A DNA stretch of 64,000 nucleotides from Candidatus Bathyarchaeia archaeon (GCA_038882955.1 JAVZNC010000001.1:32001-96000); one strand, 5' to 3'; counted from the first letter of the stretch, positions 8,522 to 18,289 are shown. Numbers and translations: made by a program. Notes: a model not told the origin generated them from the sequence alone.

Positions 8522-9250
8522 CTACAAGCGAAAACGTTCTTGTAACTTCTTTTTGCGCTTAAGCCCAAAAGCCAATGCCAAAACCAACCCTGCAACAAAA
8601 CCGCCTATGTGTGCAAAGTAGGCTACGCCTCCAGAAAGGTCAAAGTACACGTAAAACCATTGTAGCAGGAACCATATGCCTAGGAAAATGAAAGCTGGAA
8701 CTGGCAGGATCGCATAGATAAACAGCGTTAAAATTATTGCTTTTGGGTAAAGTATGAAGTAGGCGCCTAAAACGCCTGATATGGCTCCAGAAGCCCCAAC
8801 AACACCGTCAGCCAAACTCGAAGTTATGGGCAAACCCACAAGCTGATAAAGCAAAGGTGCATACAACGTTACAAGAATGTGGGTGAAATCCGCGGCTAAC
8901 CCGCAGATAAGATAGAAGATTAGGTATCCTGCATGTCCAAAAACGTCTTCTACATTATCGCCGAAAACGAAGAGGAAAAGCATGTTTCCAAAAAGGTGAA
9001 ACCAGCTGGCATGCATAAACATCGAAGTAAACAATGTATATAGGCGTTCACCGTGGAGAATTTCGTTTGGCACCATCACAAAAGCGCCGCTTTGGCTTTC
9101 TGTTCCAGCCATGTAAACCGCGATTTTCTCGTCCAAAACCCCTATGCTTGAAAGCCAAAAAACAACAAAAATTGCTATGTTCAAAATTATTAGTAGGCGG
9201 TTTACGTGCGGCGTTGTTTTAGACCTATTAACGTCTCTAATGGGAAACAA
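8522..9250 (-). CDS. Rhomboid family intramembrane serine protease
   Basis: FMHASWFHLFGNM, GASGAISG (Ser) and AHIGGF (His). Confidence 0.95.
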   Translation of the reverse strand: MFPIRDVNRSKTTPHVNRLLIILNIAIFVVFWLSSIGVLDEKIAVYMAGTESQSGAFVMVPNEILHGERLYTLFTSMFMHASWFHLFGNMLFLFVFGDNVEDVFGHAGYLIFYLICGLAADFTHILVTLYAPLLYQLVGLPITSSLADGVVGASGAISGVLGAYFILYPKAIILTLFIYAILPVPAFIFLGIWFLLQWFYVYFDLSGGVAYFAHIGGFVAGLVLALAFGLKRKKKLQERFRL

Positions 9251-9314
9251 GCGAAACTCACTGACTGAAAGGTAGACGCCAAAAGGCTATTTAATCCTTT
9301 AACCAGTCACGGGC

Positions 9315-9689
9315 TCAGTAAGCCAAACACTCAATCATCCTTTCGCAAGTTAAACACTCGTCTGGAATAGGCGTGTTCTTTGGACGCTTCCGTAAATACC
9401 CAAGAAAATGCTTACAACCAGCAGCACTCGCATGCTCACCAACCTTTTCAGTCCTCTCAACCTTTTCGACAATTGCTCGGTTCTCTTCTCTCTCCTCGCC
9501 ACGTTTACGCTCTTTAACGTCAACCCTTGAAAGACAACGCGGACAAGCATAATAAACATGAACACACCCACCAGAAGAATCCGTCGCCAAAAGAGGCCTC
9601 TGAAAAGTTTCATGACACCCACTGCAGCGATAACTACCCAAACCCAAATCTTCATAGCCAACACGAATCGCGCTTAAACTCTTTTCCAT
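9315..9689 (-). CDS. Zinc-finger hypothetical protein
   Basis: CSGC...CPRC plus C-terminal CKH.LGYL...ECLTC..MIEC. Confidence 0.7.
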   Translation of the reverse strand: MEKSLSAIRVGYEDLGLGSYRCSGCHETFQRPLLATDSSGGCVHVYYACPRCLSRVDVKERKRGEEREENRAIVEKVERTEKVGEHASAAGCKHFLGYLRKRPKNTPIPDECLTCERMIECLAY

Positions 9690-9788
9690 AGCGTGCACCT
9701 TTCCACAATACATATCGAAAATATTGACATTTAATAAACCTTTTTGCGTACATGTACAACAAAAAGACACAATAACAAACACACAAAA

Positions 9789-9863
9789 TGGGCCCGGCCG
9801 GATTTGAACCGGCGACCAACAGGTTATGAGCCTGTCGCTCTAACCTAGCTGAGCTACGGGCCC
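9789..9863 (-). tRNA. tRNA-Ile2 (CAU anticodon, agmatidine-type)
   Basis: Reverse complement GGGCCCGTAGCTCAG...CAGG-CT-CAT-AA-CCTG...GGTTCAAATCC.GCCGGGCCCA. The GGGCCCG acceptor stem is Ile-type, not Met-type. Confidence 0.9.
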
Positions 9864-10001
9864 TTGTTCGCGTTTGCCGCGTATTTTGCGCTATTTAGTA
9901 TGCTTGTGGGAATTTAATTTAAACGTTTTCCGCGTTTAAGGGTTTGGTGGAAAATTTAAAAGGCTGATATGCAAAGAATTTATGTTTTGGAGAAAGGTCT
10001 T

Positions 10002-10283
10002 ATGGAACTAAAGGTTTTCACCTTGCCCACGTGTCCAGTTTGCCCAGTCGCCAAAACAATTGCTGCAGAGGTTGCGCAGAAGTTCGGCGTCGCCTTTAGA
10101 GAAGTGAACATGGCAACAGAGGAAGGACTAAAAGAAGGATTAGCCTACCAGATTATGAGCACGCCAAGCATAACCATCGATGATGAGGTCATAGTCAAGG
10201 GGCACCTCATTTCAAAGGAGAAACTTGAGGAAGAAGTCAAAAAGCGAATAGAAAAGTGGAAGGAGAGAGCCACCGCAAAATAA
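10002..10283 (+). CDS. Thioredoxin/glutaredoxin-like protein
   Basis: CPVC active site and STP cis-Pro loop. Confidence 0.88.
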   Translation: MELKVFTLPTCPVCPVAKTIAAEVAQKFGVAFREVNMATEEGLKEGLAYQIMSTPSITIDDEVIVKGHLISKEKLEEEVKKRIEKWKERATAK

Positions 10284-10672
10284 CGGCGTTTATACCTTTA
10301 AAGTGGAGAAAAATCTTGGAAGTAAAAAAAGCCCTAACAGTTTTCCATTACGCCGAGAAGATAAAGTCAAACCTAATTCTAGCAGCAAAACTTCTAGAAG
10401 CATTAGAGAACATGAAACAAGAGGAAGTTGCTGGCGCAGAGAAAATCTTCATTGCCTATCTGAACTCATTCATTTCTGAAGCTCACATTGCAGCTAACGC
10501 CTCTGGAGTTAAGCAATTCATGGACGTAGGCGCAAAACTTGACGAAGCTATTGAACAAACGTTAAGGCATGACTATTATGCGACAATGAAGCTAATTTCA
10601 GAGGCTATATCAATCATAACTACAAGTGGCAGTGCCGCCGCAGAAATTTTGAAAGAGAAAAATCTAATCTAG
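10256..10672 (+). CDS. Hypothetical helical protein
   Basis: ORF with host-like composition, co-oriented with the thioredoxin; true start probably near TTG 10316. Confidence 0.65.
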   Translation: MEGESHRKITAFIPLKWRKILEVKKALTVFHYAEKIKSNLILAAKLLEALENMKQEEVAGAEKIFIAYLNSFISEAHIAANASGVKQFMDVGAKLDEAIEQTLRHDYYATMKLISEAISIITTSGSAAAEILKEKNLI

Positions 10673-11541
10673 ACTTGAGTTTTCACGTAGTGGTAAAGGT
10701 ATTCTTGCGCGTAGCCCGCATAATCGCCGAAGTATTTTCTCCCAAAAAGGTTAAGCTCTTTATATATGGAAGGCGTTAAAGACTCTTTTCTGGACAACCT
10801 CGCCAAAAAATCCTCTGGAAAGTGATGTGCATAAAATTTTAGGATAGCACGCCTTATCCAAACGTCCACCGGAAAAGCCTCAAACTTTTCCAAGCTAAAC
10901 AGCAACACACAATCAGCAACTTTACAGCCCACACCTGGAAAGCGCAGCAACTCACCCTTAGCCCTTTCATAACTAATTTTTTTTAATCGCTTAAAACCGA
11001 AGCTGGCTTCGCATATGGCTTTCGCTGTTTCATGTACGTATTTTGCTCTATATCCAAGACCGCATCCCTCTAACTCCTTAACTGTTGCCCCTGCAACTTT
11101 TTCCGCTGTTGGAAAAGTGTAGAACTCCATCCCATCGAAGCATGTTTTTTCGCCAAATCTTCTTGACAGCGCCTCAAGCATCTTCCGTATTGCTGGAATG
11201 TTTTTGTATGTTGCGCAGATGTAGGAGATGAGGCATTCCCATGGTTCTTGGCGGATGATGCGCAAGCCCTTTGAAGCTTCAATGGCGTTTTTAATGTGTT
11301 CGTCCTTGCAGATTTTTCCGTAAATCCACGGCAAATCATCATTCAACCCAAAATAGTTCCTCACAAACTTTTCGTCAACATTCTCAAACTCAAGCTTTTC
11401 GCGGTTTTGACGTATTTTAAACGCCTTTCCTCCCACAACACCATACCACCATTCACCGTGCCTAATCCACCTAAAGGCTTGACCACAACAAAGCGTAACA
11501 TCTAAATCGAACAGGGTTGCTGACTTTAGCGTTATCTTCAT
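10669..11541 (-). CDS. ogg: 8-oxoguanine DNA glycosylase (OGG1-like, HhH-GPD)
   Basis: CGQAFRW N-domain, RQEPWECLISYI, PGVGCKVADC (catalytic K) and FPVDVW (catalytic D). Confidence 0.9.
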   Translation of the reverse strand: MKITLKSATLFDLDVTLCCGQAFRWIRHGEWWYGVVGGKAFKIRQNREKLEFENVDEKFVRNYFGLNDDLPWIYGKICKDEHIKNAIEASKGLRIIRQEPWECLISYICATYKNIPAIRKMLEALSRRFGEKTCFDGMEFYTFPTAEKVAGATVKELEGCGLGYRAKYVHETAKAICEASFGFKRLKKISYERAKGELLRFPGVGCKVADCVLLFSLEKFEAFPVDVWIRRAILKFYAHHFPEDFLARLSRKESLTPSIYKELNLFGRKYFGDYAGYAQEYLYHYVKTQV

Positions 11542-11543
11542 CT

Positions 11544-12446
11544 TTATGTGGGCTCCCGCTGGATGTTTTTCCGCATAAACTTCCAATTGTGTGCAACTTG
11601 AAAGCCTAGCTTTTGCAGGAGAGTTACTGATGGAATGTTCTGTTCAGCAGTATATAATGCAACAGAATCGTATCCACGCGTGTATAGAAAGTTCATTGCA
11701 CGACATGTTAATGCGCATGCAAGCCCTTTCCCGCGGTATTGCGGGATGGTTGCCGCTGGACCCATATAACCCCTTTTTCCCCCATAATATTCGTTGTATT
11801 CCGTGTCCGGACGTGAAACAACCACGGAAACAATTTTGCAACCAGCGTCAGCAACGTGTATCCATTCTTCGTTGAAGGGTGGATGCTCATCTTTCCAACG
11901 TTGGATTGCGCCCACACTGATTCTTTCCCAGCCGAATCCAGCATTAACAGCCTCGACAAACGCTTTCTCCTCTTCTGGTTTTAGGCTGCGGAGGATTATG
12001 CCCTCTGGAACCTTTGGAATAGGCTTTAACCCTTTAAGCTTGGCAATCATGTGGTATAATCCGCCTTCAGCTTTGTATCCTCGTTCAACCCATTCGGCGA
12101 TTTTTGGGCTTTCAACATCAACAGCTGTGAAAACTGCAGAGCCCTTAACGCGCTTCTCAATCGCTTTAACTAACGCGTCTTCAATAGCCCTTTTGTCCAC
12201 AACATCCTTTGTGGCGAGCCACTCAATTTCCTCACCCCAATGCCCATCCCTATACAAGGCAACACCCAAAATTTCGCCTTTCACCTCTGCAACAAAAATC
12301 TCGGCGTTTCCACGTTGGAGCCAAAAGCGAACATCGTCTTCGCGGTAAGGAGTAAACTCGTAAACTCCTCGATAAGCTTGATTAAGTAAATTGACGATTG
12401 CAGGCAAATCTTTCTCTTCGAAGTTTCTGATTTTAAAGTTGCTCAT
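11544..12446 (-). CDS. Tandem GNAT N-acetyltransferase
   Basis: PQYRGKGLA acetyl-CoA motif, N.PS..L.QKLGF; two GNAT-sized halves. Confidence 0.85.
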   Translation of the reverse strand: MSNFKIRNFEEKDLPAIVNLLNQAYRGVYEFTPYREDDVRFWLQRGNAEIFVAEVKGEILGVALYRDGHWGEEIEWLATKDVVDKRAIEDALVKAIEKRVKGSAVFTAVDVESPKIAEWVERGYKAEGGLYHMIAKLKGLKPIPKVPEGIILRSLKPEEEKAFVEAVNAGFGWERISVGAIQRWKDEHPPFNEEWIHVADAGCKIVSVVVSRPDTEYNEYYGGKRGYMGPAATIPQYRGKGLACALTCRAMNFLYTRGYDSVALYTAEQNIPSVTLLQKLGFQVAHNWKFMRKNIQREPT

Positions 12447-12661
12447 TTTCTCTATTGCACAAGGCTGGAAAGGTGTAATAAACCTTTACTTTAAATGGAA
12501 AATTTTAAGCTTTAATGAATTTTTTGAAATTGAACGCTTTTTCCAAAAAGGCTTGTTTTCGGGTTTTTTGTTTTCCGCGATTATGTATACAAATACGTTC
12601 GCTTCTGGAATGTCTTTTGCGGCAGTTTCAAAGTTGTTGTGGAAAGGGTTTAAATAACAAA

Positions 12662-12711
12662 GCCCTACATTTAGCGTCTACTTTGGTTATAAAAGCACTA
12701 AATTTCAGCGT
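12662..12711 (+). promoter_or_regulatory. Tandem NrdR-box-like operators downstream of TATA
   Basis: GCCCTACATTTAGCGT (12662) and GCACTAAATTTCAGCGT (12695), 33 bp apart, just after TTTAAATA (12649). Confidence 0.6.
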
Positions 12712-12717
12712 GAAAAA

Positions 12718-13164
12718 ATGAAATGTCCATATTGCGGCTCCGAGAACATCAAAACCCTTGAAACAAGAGACTCGCCAGACAATACTGTTAGGAGGCGCAA
12801 GGAATGCGCAGACTGTGAAAAGCGCTTCACAACTTACGAATATGTGGAGACAATTGAGCTTATGGTTAAGAAGAAGGATGGAAGACTCGAAAGGTTCGAC
12901 CTAAACAAGATTGTCCGCGGTCTCCAGAAGGCATGTGAAAAAAGACCAGTAACAATGGAGCAAATTCGCGAGTTAGCAGAACGTGTAAGGCAGGATTTGG
13001 CGAGGCTTGGAAGGGAAGAGGTTAGCTCGCAGGAGATTGGCGATTTAGTTATGAAGTACTTGAAGAATCTTGACCGTGTCGCGTACATTAGGTTTGCTTC
13101 AGTTTATAGACGATTTGAAGAACCAGAAGATTTCCGCAAAGTGCTTTTAGAGGTGAAAAAATGA
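12718..13164 (+). CDS. nrdR: Transcriptional repressor NrdR
   Basis: MKCPYC...RRRKEC..C.KRFTTYE zinc ribbon plus ATP-cone; VAYIRFASVY. Confidence 0.95.
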   Translation: MKCPYCGSENIKTLETRDSPDNTVRRRKECADCEKRFTTYEYVETIELMVKKKDGRLERFDLNKIVRGLQKACEKRPVTMEQIRELAERVRQDLARLGREEVSSQEIGDLVMKYLKNLDRVAYIRFASVYRRFEEPEDFRKVLLEVKK

Positions 13165-15284
13165 AATTTGTTAGAAAACGTGATGGTAGGTTAGAGGCGT
13201 TTGACCAGGAGCGTATAACAAACGCCATTTGGAAAGCCGCCAAGGCAGTTGGCGGAAAAGACCGTGAACTAGCCAAGAAATTAAGCGATAGAGTTGTTGA
13301 AATACTCAAGCAGCGGTTCGGGGAGGAAGGAGTCCCAACAGTAGAGGAAATCCAAGACATAGTCGAAAAAGTGCTGATTGAAAATGGACATGCACGAACA
13401 GCTAAAGCCTACATACTCTACCGCAAGCAACACCAAGATTTAAGGGAGTTAGCAGCCCTCCTAAGCTCAGCAGACCTCGTAGACCAATACCTAGAAATTG
13501 AGGACTGGCGCGTAAAAGAAAACTCAAACATGAGTTATTCGCTGCAGGGCTTGAACAATTACCTCTCATCCACAGTCATAGCAAAGTACTGGATTACAAG
13601 GATTTACCCGCCGAAAATCGCGGATGCACACTTCTCTGGAGACATGCACATCCACGACCTAGGCGTTCTGGGACCATACTGCGTAGGATGGGACATCAAA
13701 GACTTGCTTCTTTCAGGCTTCGGAGGAGTTGCTGGAAAAATTGAAAGCAAACCAGCAAAACACTTCAGAACAGCCCTAGGACAAATAGTCAACTTCTTCT
13801 ACACGCTTCAAGGCGAAGCAGCAGGAGCGCAAGCCTTCAGCAGTTTCGACACGTACCTGGCGCCATTCATATACTATGATAAGCTAAGCCAGAAGGAAGT
13901 TGAACAAGCGCTTCAAGAGTTCTTCTTCAATATGAACGTGCCGACGCGTGTTGGTTTTCAGACGCCCTTCACAAATGTTACTTTAGATTTGAGCGTCCCA
14001 GAGTTCATGAAGGATGAGCCCGTAATTGTAGGCGGACAGGTTATGGAGAAAACTTATGGCGAAATGGGAGAGGAAATGCGAATTTTTAACACGGCGTTCG
14101 CTGAGGTCATGAGTCAAGGCGACGCGAAAGGCAGAGTTTTCACATTTCCGATACCAACATACAACATAACCAAGGATTTTGATTGGGAATCGCTCATATC
14201 CCAAAAAATCTTTGAAGTAACAGCGAAATATGGCGTGCCATACTTCTCAAACTTCATAAACAGTGACATGAAACCAGAAGACGTTAGGAGCATGTGCTGT
14301 CGCCTAAGAATAGACAACCGCGAACTCCGCAAGAGAGGTGGCGGATTCTTCGGCGCCAACCCATTAACGGGTTCAATAGGCGTCGTGACGCTTAACATGC
14401 CGCGGATTGGTTATCTGGCGAAGAATGAGGATGAGTTTTTTGAGCGTTTGGAGGCGCTTATGGAAATAGCAAAGGACAGCCTAGAAATAAAGCGCAAAGC
14501 CCTAGAAAACTTCACAGAAAACGGCTTATACCCATATTCTAGGCGCTATCTGCGCAATGTTAAAGAAACTTTCGGCAAATACTGGAAGAACCACTTCTCG
14601 ACAATTGGACTTGTAGGTATGAACGAGGCGATAATGAACCTCTTCGGCTTCAGCATAGCCTCTCCGGAAGGTTTGGAATTCGCAGTTAAAGTGCTCAATT
14701 TTATGCGAGAAAAACTTGCAGACTTCCAAGAAGAGACTGAAAACATTTACAATTTGGAGGCAACACCAGCTGAAGGCACAAGTTATAGGCTTGCTCGCAT
14801 AGACAAGCGGAAATATCCAGACATAATTGTGGCAAATGAGCGCCACCTCTCGAAAGGCGCGGAGCCCTTCTACACGAATTCTTCGCAGTTGCCAGTTGAC
14901 TTTGAAGGCGACTTGTTTGAGGCTTTGGAACATCAAGAAAGGCTGCAGACGCTTTATACTGGCGGAACAGTCTTCCACATATACTTGGGCGAAAGGCTTT
15001 ACTCGTGGAGGTCCGCTGCCGAGTTAATCCGCAAAGTGACATGGAGCACACACTTGCCATATTTCACCTTAACGCCGACGTTTAGCATATGCCCAACACA
15101 CGGCTACACAAACGGCGAACACAAACAATGCCCAATCTGCGGAGCAAAATGTGAAGTCTATTCGCGTGTGGTTGGTTACCTACGCCCAGTAGACCAGTGG
15201 AACGATGGAAAACAGGCGGAATTCGCCATACGCAGAACATTTGACAAATCCGTTGTTGTGGCTGTTCCAGCGATTCCAGCGTGA
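13161..15284 (+). CDS. nrdD: Anaerobic (class III) ribonucleoside-triphosphate reductase with N-terminal ATP-cone
   Basis: HIHDL, SMCCRL finger loop, C-terminal Zn site and SRVVGYLRP glycyl-radical motif. Confidence 0.96.
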   Translation: MKFVRKRDGRLEAFDQERITNAIWKAAKAVGGKDRELAKKLSDRVVEILKQRFGEEGVPTVEEIQDIVEKVLIENGHARTAKAYILYRKQHQDLRELAALLSSADLVDQYLEIEDWRVKENSNMSYSLQGLNNYLSSTVIAKYWITRIYPPKIADAHFSGDMHIHDLGVLGPYCVGWDIKDLLLSGFGGVAGKIESKPAKHFRTALGQIVNFFYTLQGEAAGAQAFSSFDTYLAPFIYYDKLSQKEVEQALQEFFFNMNVPTRVGFQTPFTNVTLDLSVPEFMKDEPVIVGGQVMEKTYGEMGEEMRIFNTAFAEVMSQGDAKGRVFTFPIPTYNITKDFDWESLISQKIFEVTAKYGVPYFSNFINSDMKPEDVRSMCCRLRIDNRELRKRGGGFFGANPLTGSIGVVTLNMPRIGYLAKNEDEFFERLEALMEIAKDSLEIKRKALENFTENGLYPYSRRYLRNVKETFGKYWKNHFSTIGLVGMNEAIMNLFGFSIASPEGLEFAVKVLNFMREKLADFQEETENIYNLEATPAEGTSYRLARIDKRKYPDIIVANERHLSKGAEPFYTNSSQLPVDFEGDLFEALEHQERLQTLYTGGTVFHIYLGERLYSWRSAAELIRKVTWSTHLPYFTLTPTFSICPTHGYTNGEHKQCPICGAKCEVYSRVVGYLRPVDQWNDGKQAEFAIRRTFDKSVVVAVPAIPA

Positions 15285-15300
15285 AAAAGGGAAAAGCCAA

Positions 15301-15978
15301 ATGAAGTTTAGCGGAATCCAGAAAACAAGCCTCATAGACTTCCCAGAAAAAGTAGCAACAGTGCTTTTTACACCAAGCTGCAACCTGCGCTGTCCATACT
15401 GCCACAACTGGCGCATAGTCATAGACCCAAAACCGCCATTTCTACAAGAAGAGACTGTGCTCAAGATTCTGGAAAGCCGCAAGAAATTTGTTGACGCTGT
15501 TGTTGTCACTGGCGGAGAGCCAACAATGCATAAGGAGATGCCGCGATTCCTAAAGAAACTTAAGGAGAGAGATTTCGCGGTTAAACTTGACACTAACGGT
15601 TTTTACCCACAAGTGCTTGAACAGTGCCTCGCCCACGTGGATTATGTTGCCCTAGACGTGAAAACATCACTGGAAAAGTATCCGAAACTGGGCGCAAAAA
15701 ACGTGGATGACTTGCTCCGCACAATAGAGATTTTGAAAACTGGAAAAGTTGCATACGAGTTTAGGACAACTGTTGTTCCAGGATTTGTGGACGCTGAGGA
15801 TGTACAGAAAATAGGCGAAGTTGTTAAAGGCGCGAAAACATTTGCCTTTCAGCAGTTTATTCCAGACAACGCGTTTGACGAAAGTTTTAGGATAATCAAG
15901 CCATACCCGCCCACAACAATCGCCGAGTTTGCAGAGACCATGAAGAAGTATGTGGACAATGTTGTGTTGCGCGTTTGA
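15301..15978 (+). CDS. nrdG: Anaerobic RNR activating radical SAM enzyme
   Basis: CNLRCPYCHN, TGGEPT and KLDTNG; follows nrdD. Confidence 0.93.
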   Translation: MKFSGIQKTSLIDFPEKVATVLFTPSCNLRCPYCHNWRIVIDPKPPFLQEETVLKILESRKKFVDAVVVTGGEPTMHKEMPRFLKKLKERDFAVKLDTNGFYPQVLEQCLAHVDYVALDVKTSLEKYPKLGAKNVDDLLRTIEILKTGKVAYEFRTTVVPGFVDAEDVQKIGEVVKGAKTFAFQQFIPDNAFDESFRIIKPYPPTTIAEFAETMKKYVDNVVLRV

Positions 15979-16003
15979 AGCGTAAAGTTTAAAGGTTTAA
16001 TGG

Positions 16004-16597
16004 TTGGTTAAGGTTTCGATTGCCCTTATAAAAGGTGTTTTAGGTTTGAGTTTGGAAGAAGAAAGTTTAGAGGAAAGAAAGGCGAAGATGCTCATAAAAC
16101 TTAGAGGCTACAAGCTCGTTAAAAGGGAAAAGTATGAGGATGCTGTTGGCTTTCTTGTTGAAATTCCAAAGGAGAAGGAAAAAGCCCTAATATGGTGCAT
16201 CCCAGAAGACAGCGCCGTTGGAATAACATCAATAAACCGCATGCAAAAAGTCATGAAGGAAGAAGGCATTGAAAGGGGAATAGTAATTACTGGCGGCAGA
16301 TACACACACGCCGTCAAGCAAGGCGCAAAGAAGAAGAAAATTGAGCTTTTACCAAAAACTTTTCCAGCATTCGACATTTTCGAACACAAGCTTGTTCCAA
16401 AACACGAGATCCTAACAGAGGAAGAGAAGGAGCAGCTTCTTGCGCAATATAAGGTTAAGCCTTACCAGCTTCCACAGATAAAGGCTTCAGACCCAGCCGT
16501 AAAAGCTATAGGCGCCAAGCCAGGCGACATACTACGCATAATCCGCAGAAGCCCTACAGCAGGCGAGCACATAGCTTATCGCTACGTTGTTGAATAG
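16004..16597 (+). CDS. rpoH: RNA polymerase subunit Rpo5/H with RPB5-like N-terminal jaw domain
   Basis: C-terminal [10 protein letters not shown]...LPQIKASDP...RRSPTAG.HIAYRYV, plus an extra ~110-aa N-terminal domain. Confidence 0.92.
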   Translation: MVKVSIALIKGVLGLSLEEESLEERKAKMLIKLRGYKLVKREKYEDAVGFLVEIPKEKEKALIWCIPEDSAVGITSINRMQKVMKEEGIERGIVITGGRYTHAVKQGAKKKKIELLPKTFPAFDIFEHKLVPKHEILTEEEKEQLLAQYKVKPYQLPQIKASDPAVKAIGAKPGDILRIIRRSPTAGEHIAYRYVVE

Positions 16598-16600
16598 CGC

Positions 16601-17161
16601 CTAATCCTTTGTTATCGTCAATTCTGTTGCCTTTATTACTGCTTCAACTTTGTCTCCGACTTTTATATTCAAGTCTTCAAATGCCTTTCTCGAAATTAGC
16701 ACTGTAAAAACAGTAGGCGTTGCTATTTCTATTTTTACTTTTGCTGCAGTGTCGCCCTTATCAACAGTCTTAACCATCCCCTTCAAACGATTTCTTATGC
16801 CAATTTTTAATCCAAGAGCCTCTAGGCATTCCGCATCAGCTAAAGCTCCACTCAAATAACCCTCAAAATGCCTGTATTCATCTAAAAGCTGTTTTCCGAG
16901 CGCCGTGAGTTTGGCTCCGCCGCCTCCAGATTTTCCGCCCTTAAATGTTTCTATGACGGATGCGCCTAACACGCTTTCGATTTTTTGTAGGTAACTCCAA
17001 ACATAACGGTAAGACATGCCCAGATTTTTAGCCGCTTTAGATATTGACTTTTGCTTTTCTATTTGTTCTAGAATTTGGGCTCCGCCCTTGCCTATAATGG
17101 GCTTTCCTTCGTGTTCTATCCAAATTTTGCATGATGGCTTATGTTTCTTCTGGGTGAACAT
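16601..17161 (-). CDS. ModE-like regulator (wHTH plus single TOBE/Mop domain)
   Basis: SISKAAKNLGMSYRYVW, GGKSGGGAKLT, IRNRLKG and VEAVIKAT. Confidence 0.88.
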   Translation of the reverse strand: MFTQKKHKPSCKIWIEHEGKPIIGKGGAQILEQIEKQKSISKAAKNLGMSYRYVWSYLQKIESVLGASVIETFKGGKSGGGGAKLTALGKQLLDEYRHFEGYLSGALADAECLEALGLKIGIRNRLKGMVKTVDKGDTAAKVKIEIATPTVFTVLISRKAFEDLNIKVGDKVEAVIKATELTITKD

Positions 17162-17204
17162 TATCTTGTGATTTTATAGTTGCGCAATGTTTATAAGCGT
17201 TAGC

Positions 17205-17228
17205 CGATGTGAATAGGAAAACACATCG
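17205..17228 (+). promoter_or_regulatory. ModE-box-like 24-bp palindrome
   Basis: CGATGTG-N10-CACATCG immediately downstream of TTTATAA (17190), between the divergent modE-like and TSUP genes. Confidence 0.65.
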
Positions 17229-17306
17229 TTCACGAGGTGCACCATCATCATCACAGATAACATCGCCAACAGTATAGACATATCGATTGGCAAAGCGTCG
17301 ACCGCT

Positions 17307-18062
17307 TTGTTTTTCGGCCTTTTAATGGGAATAGCCGCTGGTTTGATAGGCGTGGGTGGAGGAGAATTCCGAATTCCCATATTGCTTTACGTGATTGGAC
17401 TTCCAGTAATCGCAGCAGTCGCCGTAAATCTCCTCGTAGGGCTCCTAACAGTCATAGTCTCGTTCATTATACGTTTCCAGTTGGGGCTATTAGATGCACA
17501 AGCAATTAACGTAGCTCTAACGATGTCTTTTGCGTCTATTATTGGAAGTTATCTTGGCGCAGCCTTAACTGGAAAGGTTAAGGAAGGAAATTTGAAAAAG
17601 GTTCTAGCGGCTCTCCTGGTCATAATTGGGTTAAAAATTGGGTTTGAACCATTCATTCATACGCCACCGCTTTTTGAGCTTACTTTAGGCTTTGCAGAAG
17701 AAACCTTTTTGGCGGCGCTTGTCGGCATAGTTATAGGCATAATTTCTGGAATGCTCGGCGTCGCTGGAGGCGAGTTCCGAATCCCAGCGTTAATCTACAT
17801 TTTTGGCTTTGACATAAAAGTTGCTGGAACGGCAAGCCTCCTCGTTTCCATACCTACTGTTGCCACTGGCTTCGTAAAACACCGCATGATGGGGCACACC
17901 AACAGAAACGCGACCTTAATAGCAGTTATAATGAGTATAGGCTCCATCATCGGCGCCTTTATTGGGGCGTCGCAAGCAGCTGTTGTGGAAAAGGATGTCC
18001 TAAAAGTGCTTTTAGGTGCAATCCTAATCTTGGCGACTGTAAGAATGGTTACTAAACCATGA
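17307..18062 (+). CDS. TSUP/TauE-SafE family anion transporter
   Basis: Duplicated G.GGGEFRIP motifs and ~8 TM helices. The frame is open upstream to an SD GAGGTG at 17234. Confidence 0.9.
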   Translation: MFFGLLMGIAAGLIGVGGGEFRIPILLYVIGLPVIAAVAVNLLVGLLTVIVSFIIRFQLGLLDAQAINVALTMSFASIIGSYLGAALTGKVKEGNLKKVLAALLVIIGLKIGFEPFIHTPPLFELTLGFAEETFLAALVGIVIGIISGMLGVAGGEFRIPALIYIFGFDIKVAGTASLLVSIPTVATGFVKHRMMGHTNRNATLIAVIMSIGSIIGAFIGASQAAVVEKDVLKVLLGAILILATVRMVTKP

Positions 18063-18064
18063 AG

Positions 18065-18289
18065 CTAGGCGGTTGCCTTTTTCTCATTCGCCAATTCATA
18101 GAGGATTACAATGGCTTCGCCAAGTGGTATGCCCAATCTTGCCGCCAACTCTTGAGGAGTTATATCTGGTTTCTCGTGGAGTATAACTTCCCGCGTGTAA
18201 GCCTTATGAGTTGGGTATAAAACCAAAGCGTGAACGGTTTCCACAAGTACTGGCCACAAATTCTCTTTAGCATATTCTTCTAGGCTCAT
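18065..18289 (-). CDS. Small conserved hypothetical protein, HTH-like
   Basis: ITPQELAARLGIPLGEA. Confidence 0.65.
   Translation of the reverse strand: MSLEEYAKENLWPVLVETVHALVLYPTHKAYTREVILHEKPDITPQELAARLGIPLGEAIVILYELANEKKATA

Noticed and set aside
9789-9863. tRNA-Met call for the CAU tRNA
   Set aside because: It lacks the initiator A1-U72 pair and triple G-C anticodon stem; the GGGCCCG acceptor stem is Ile-type.
17237-17260. Tiny ORF GTG-CAC-CAT-CAT-CAT-CAC-AGA-TAA (MHHHHHR) resembling a His leader peptide
   Set aside because: Its GTG is part of the GAGGTG Shine-Dalgarno, and the His codons are the shifted reading of ATC repeats in frame with the TSUP gene. No attenuator structure and no histidine genes nearby.
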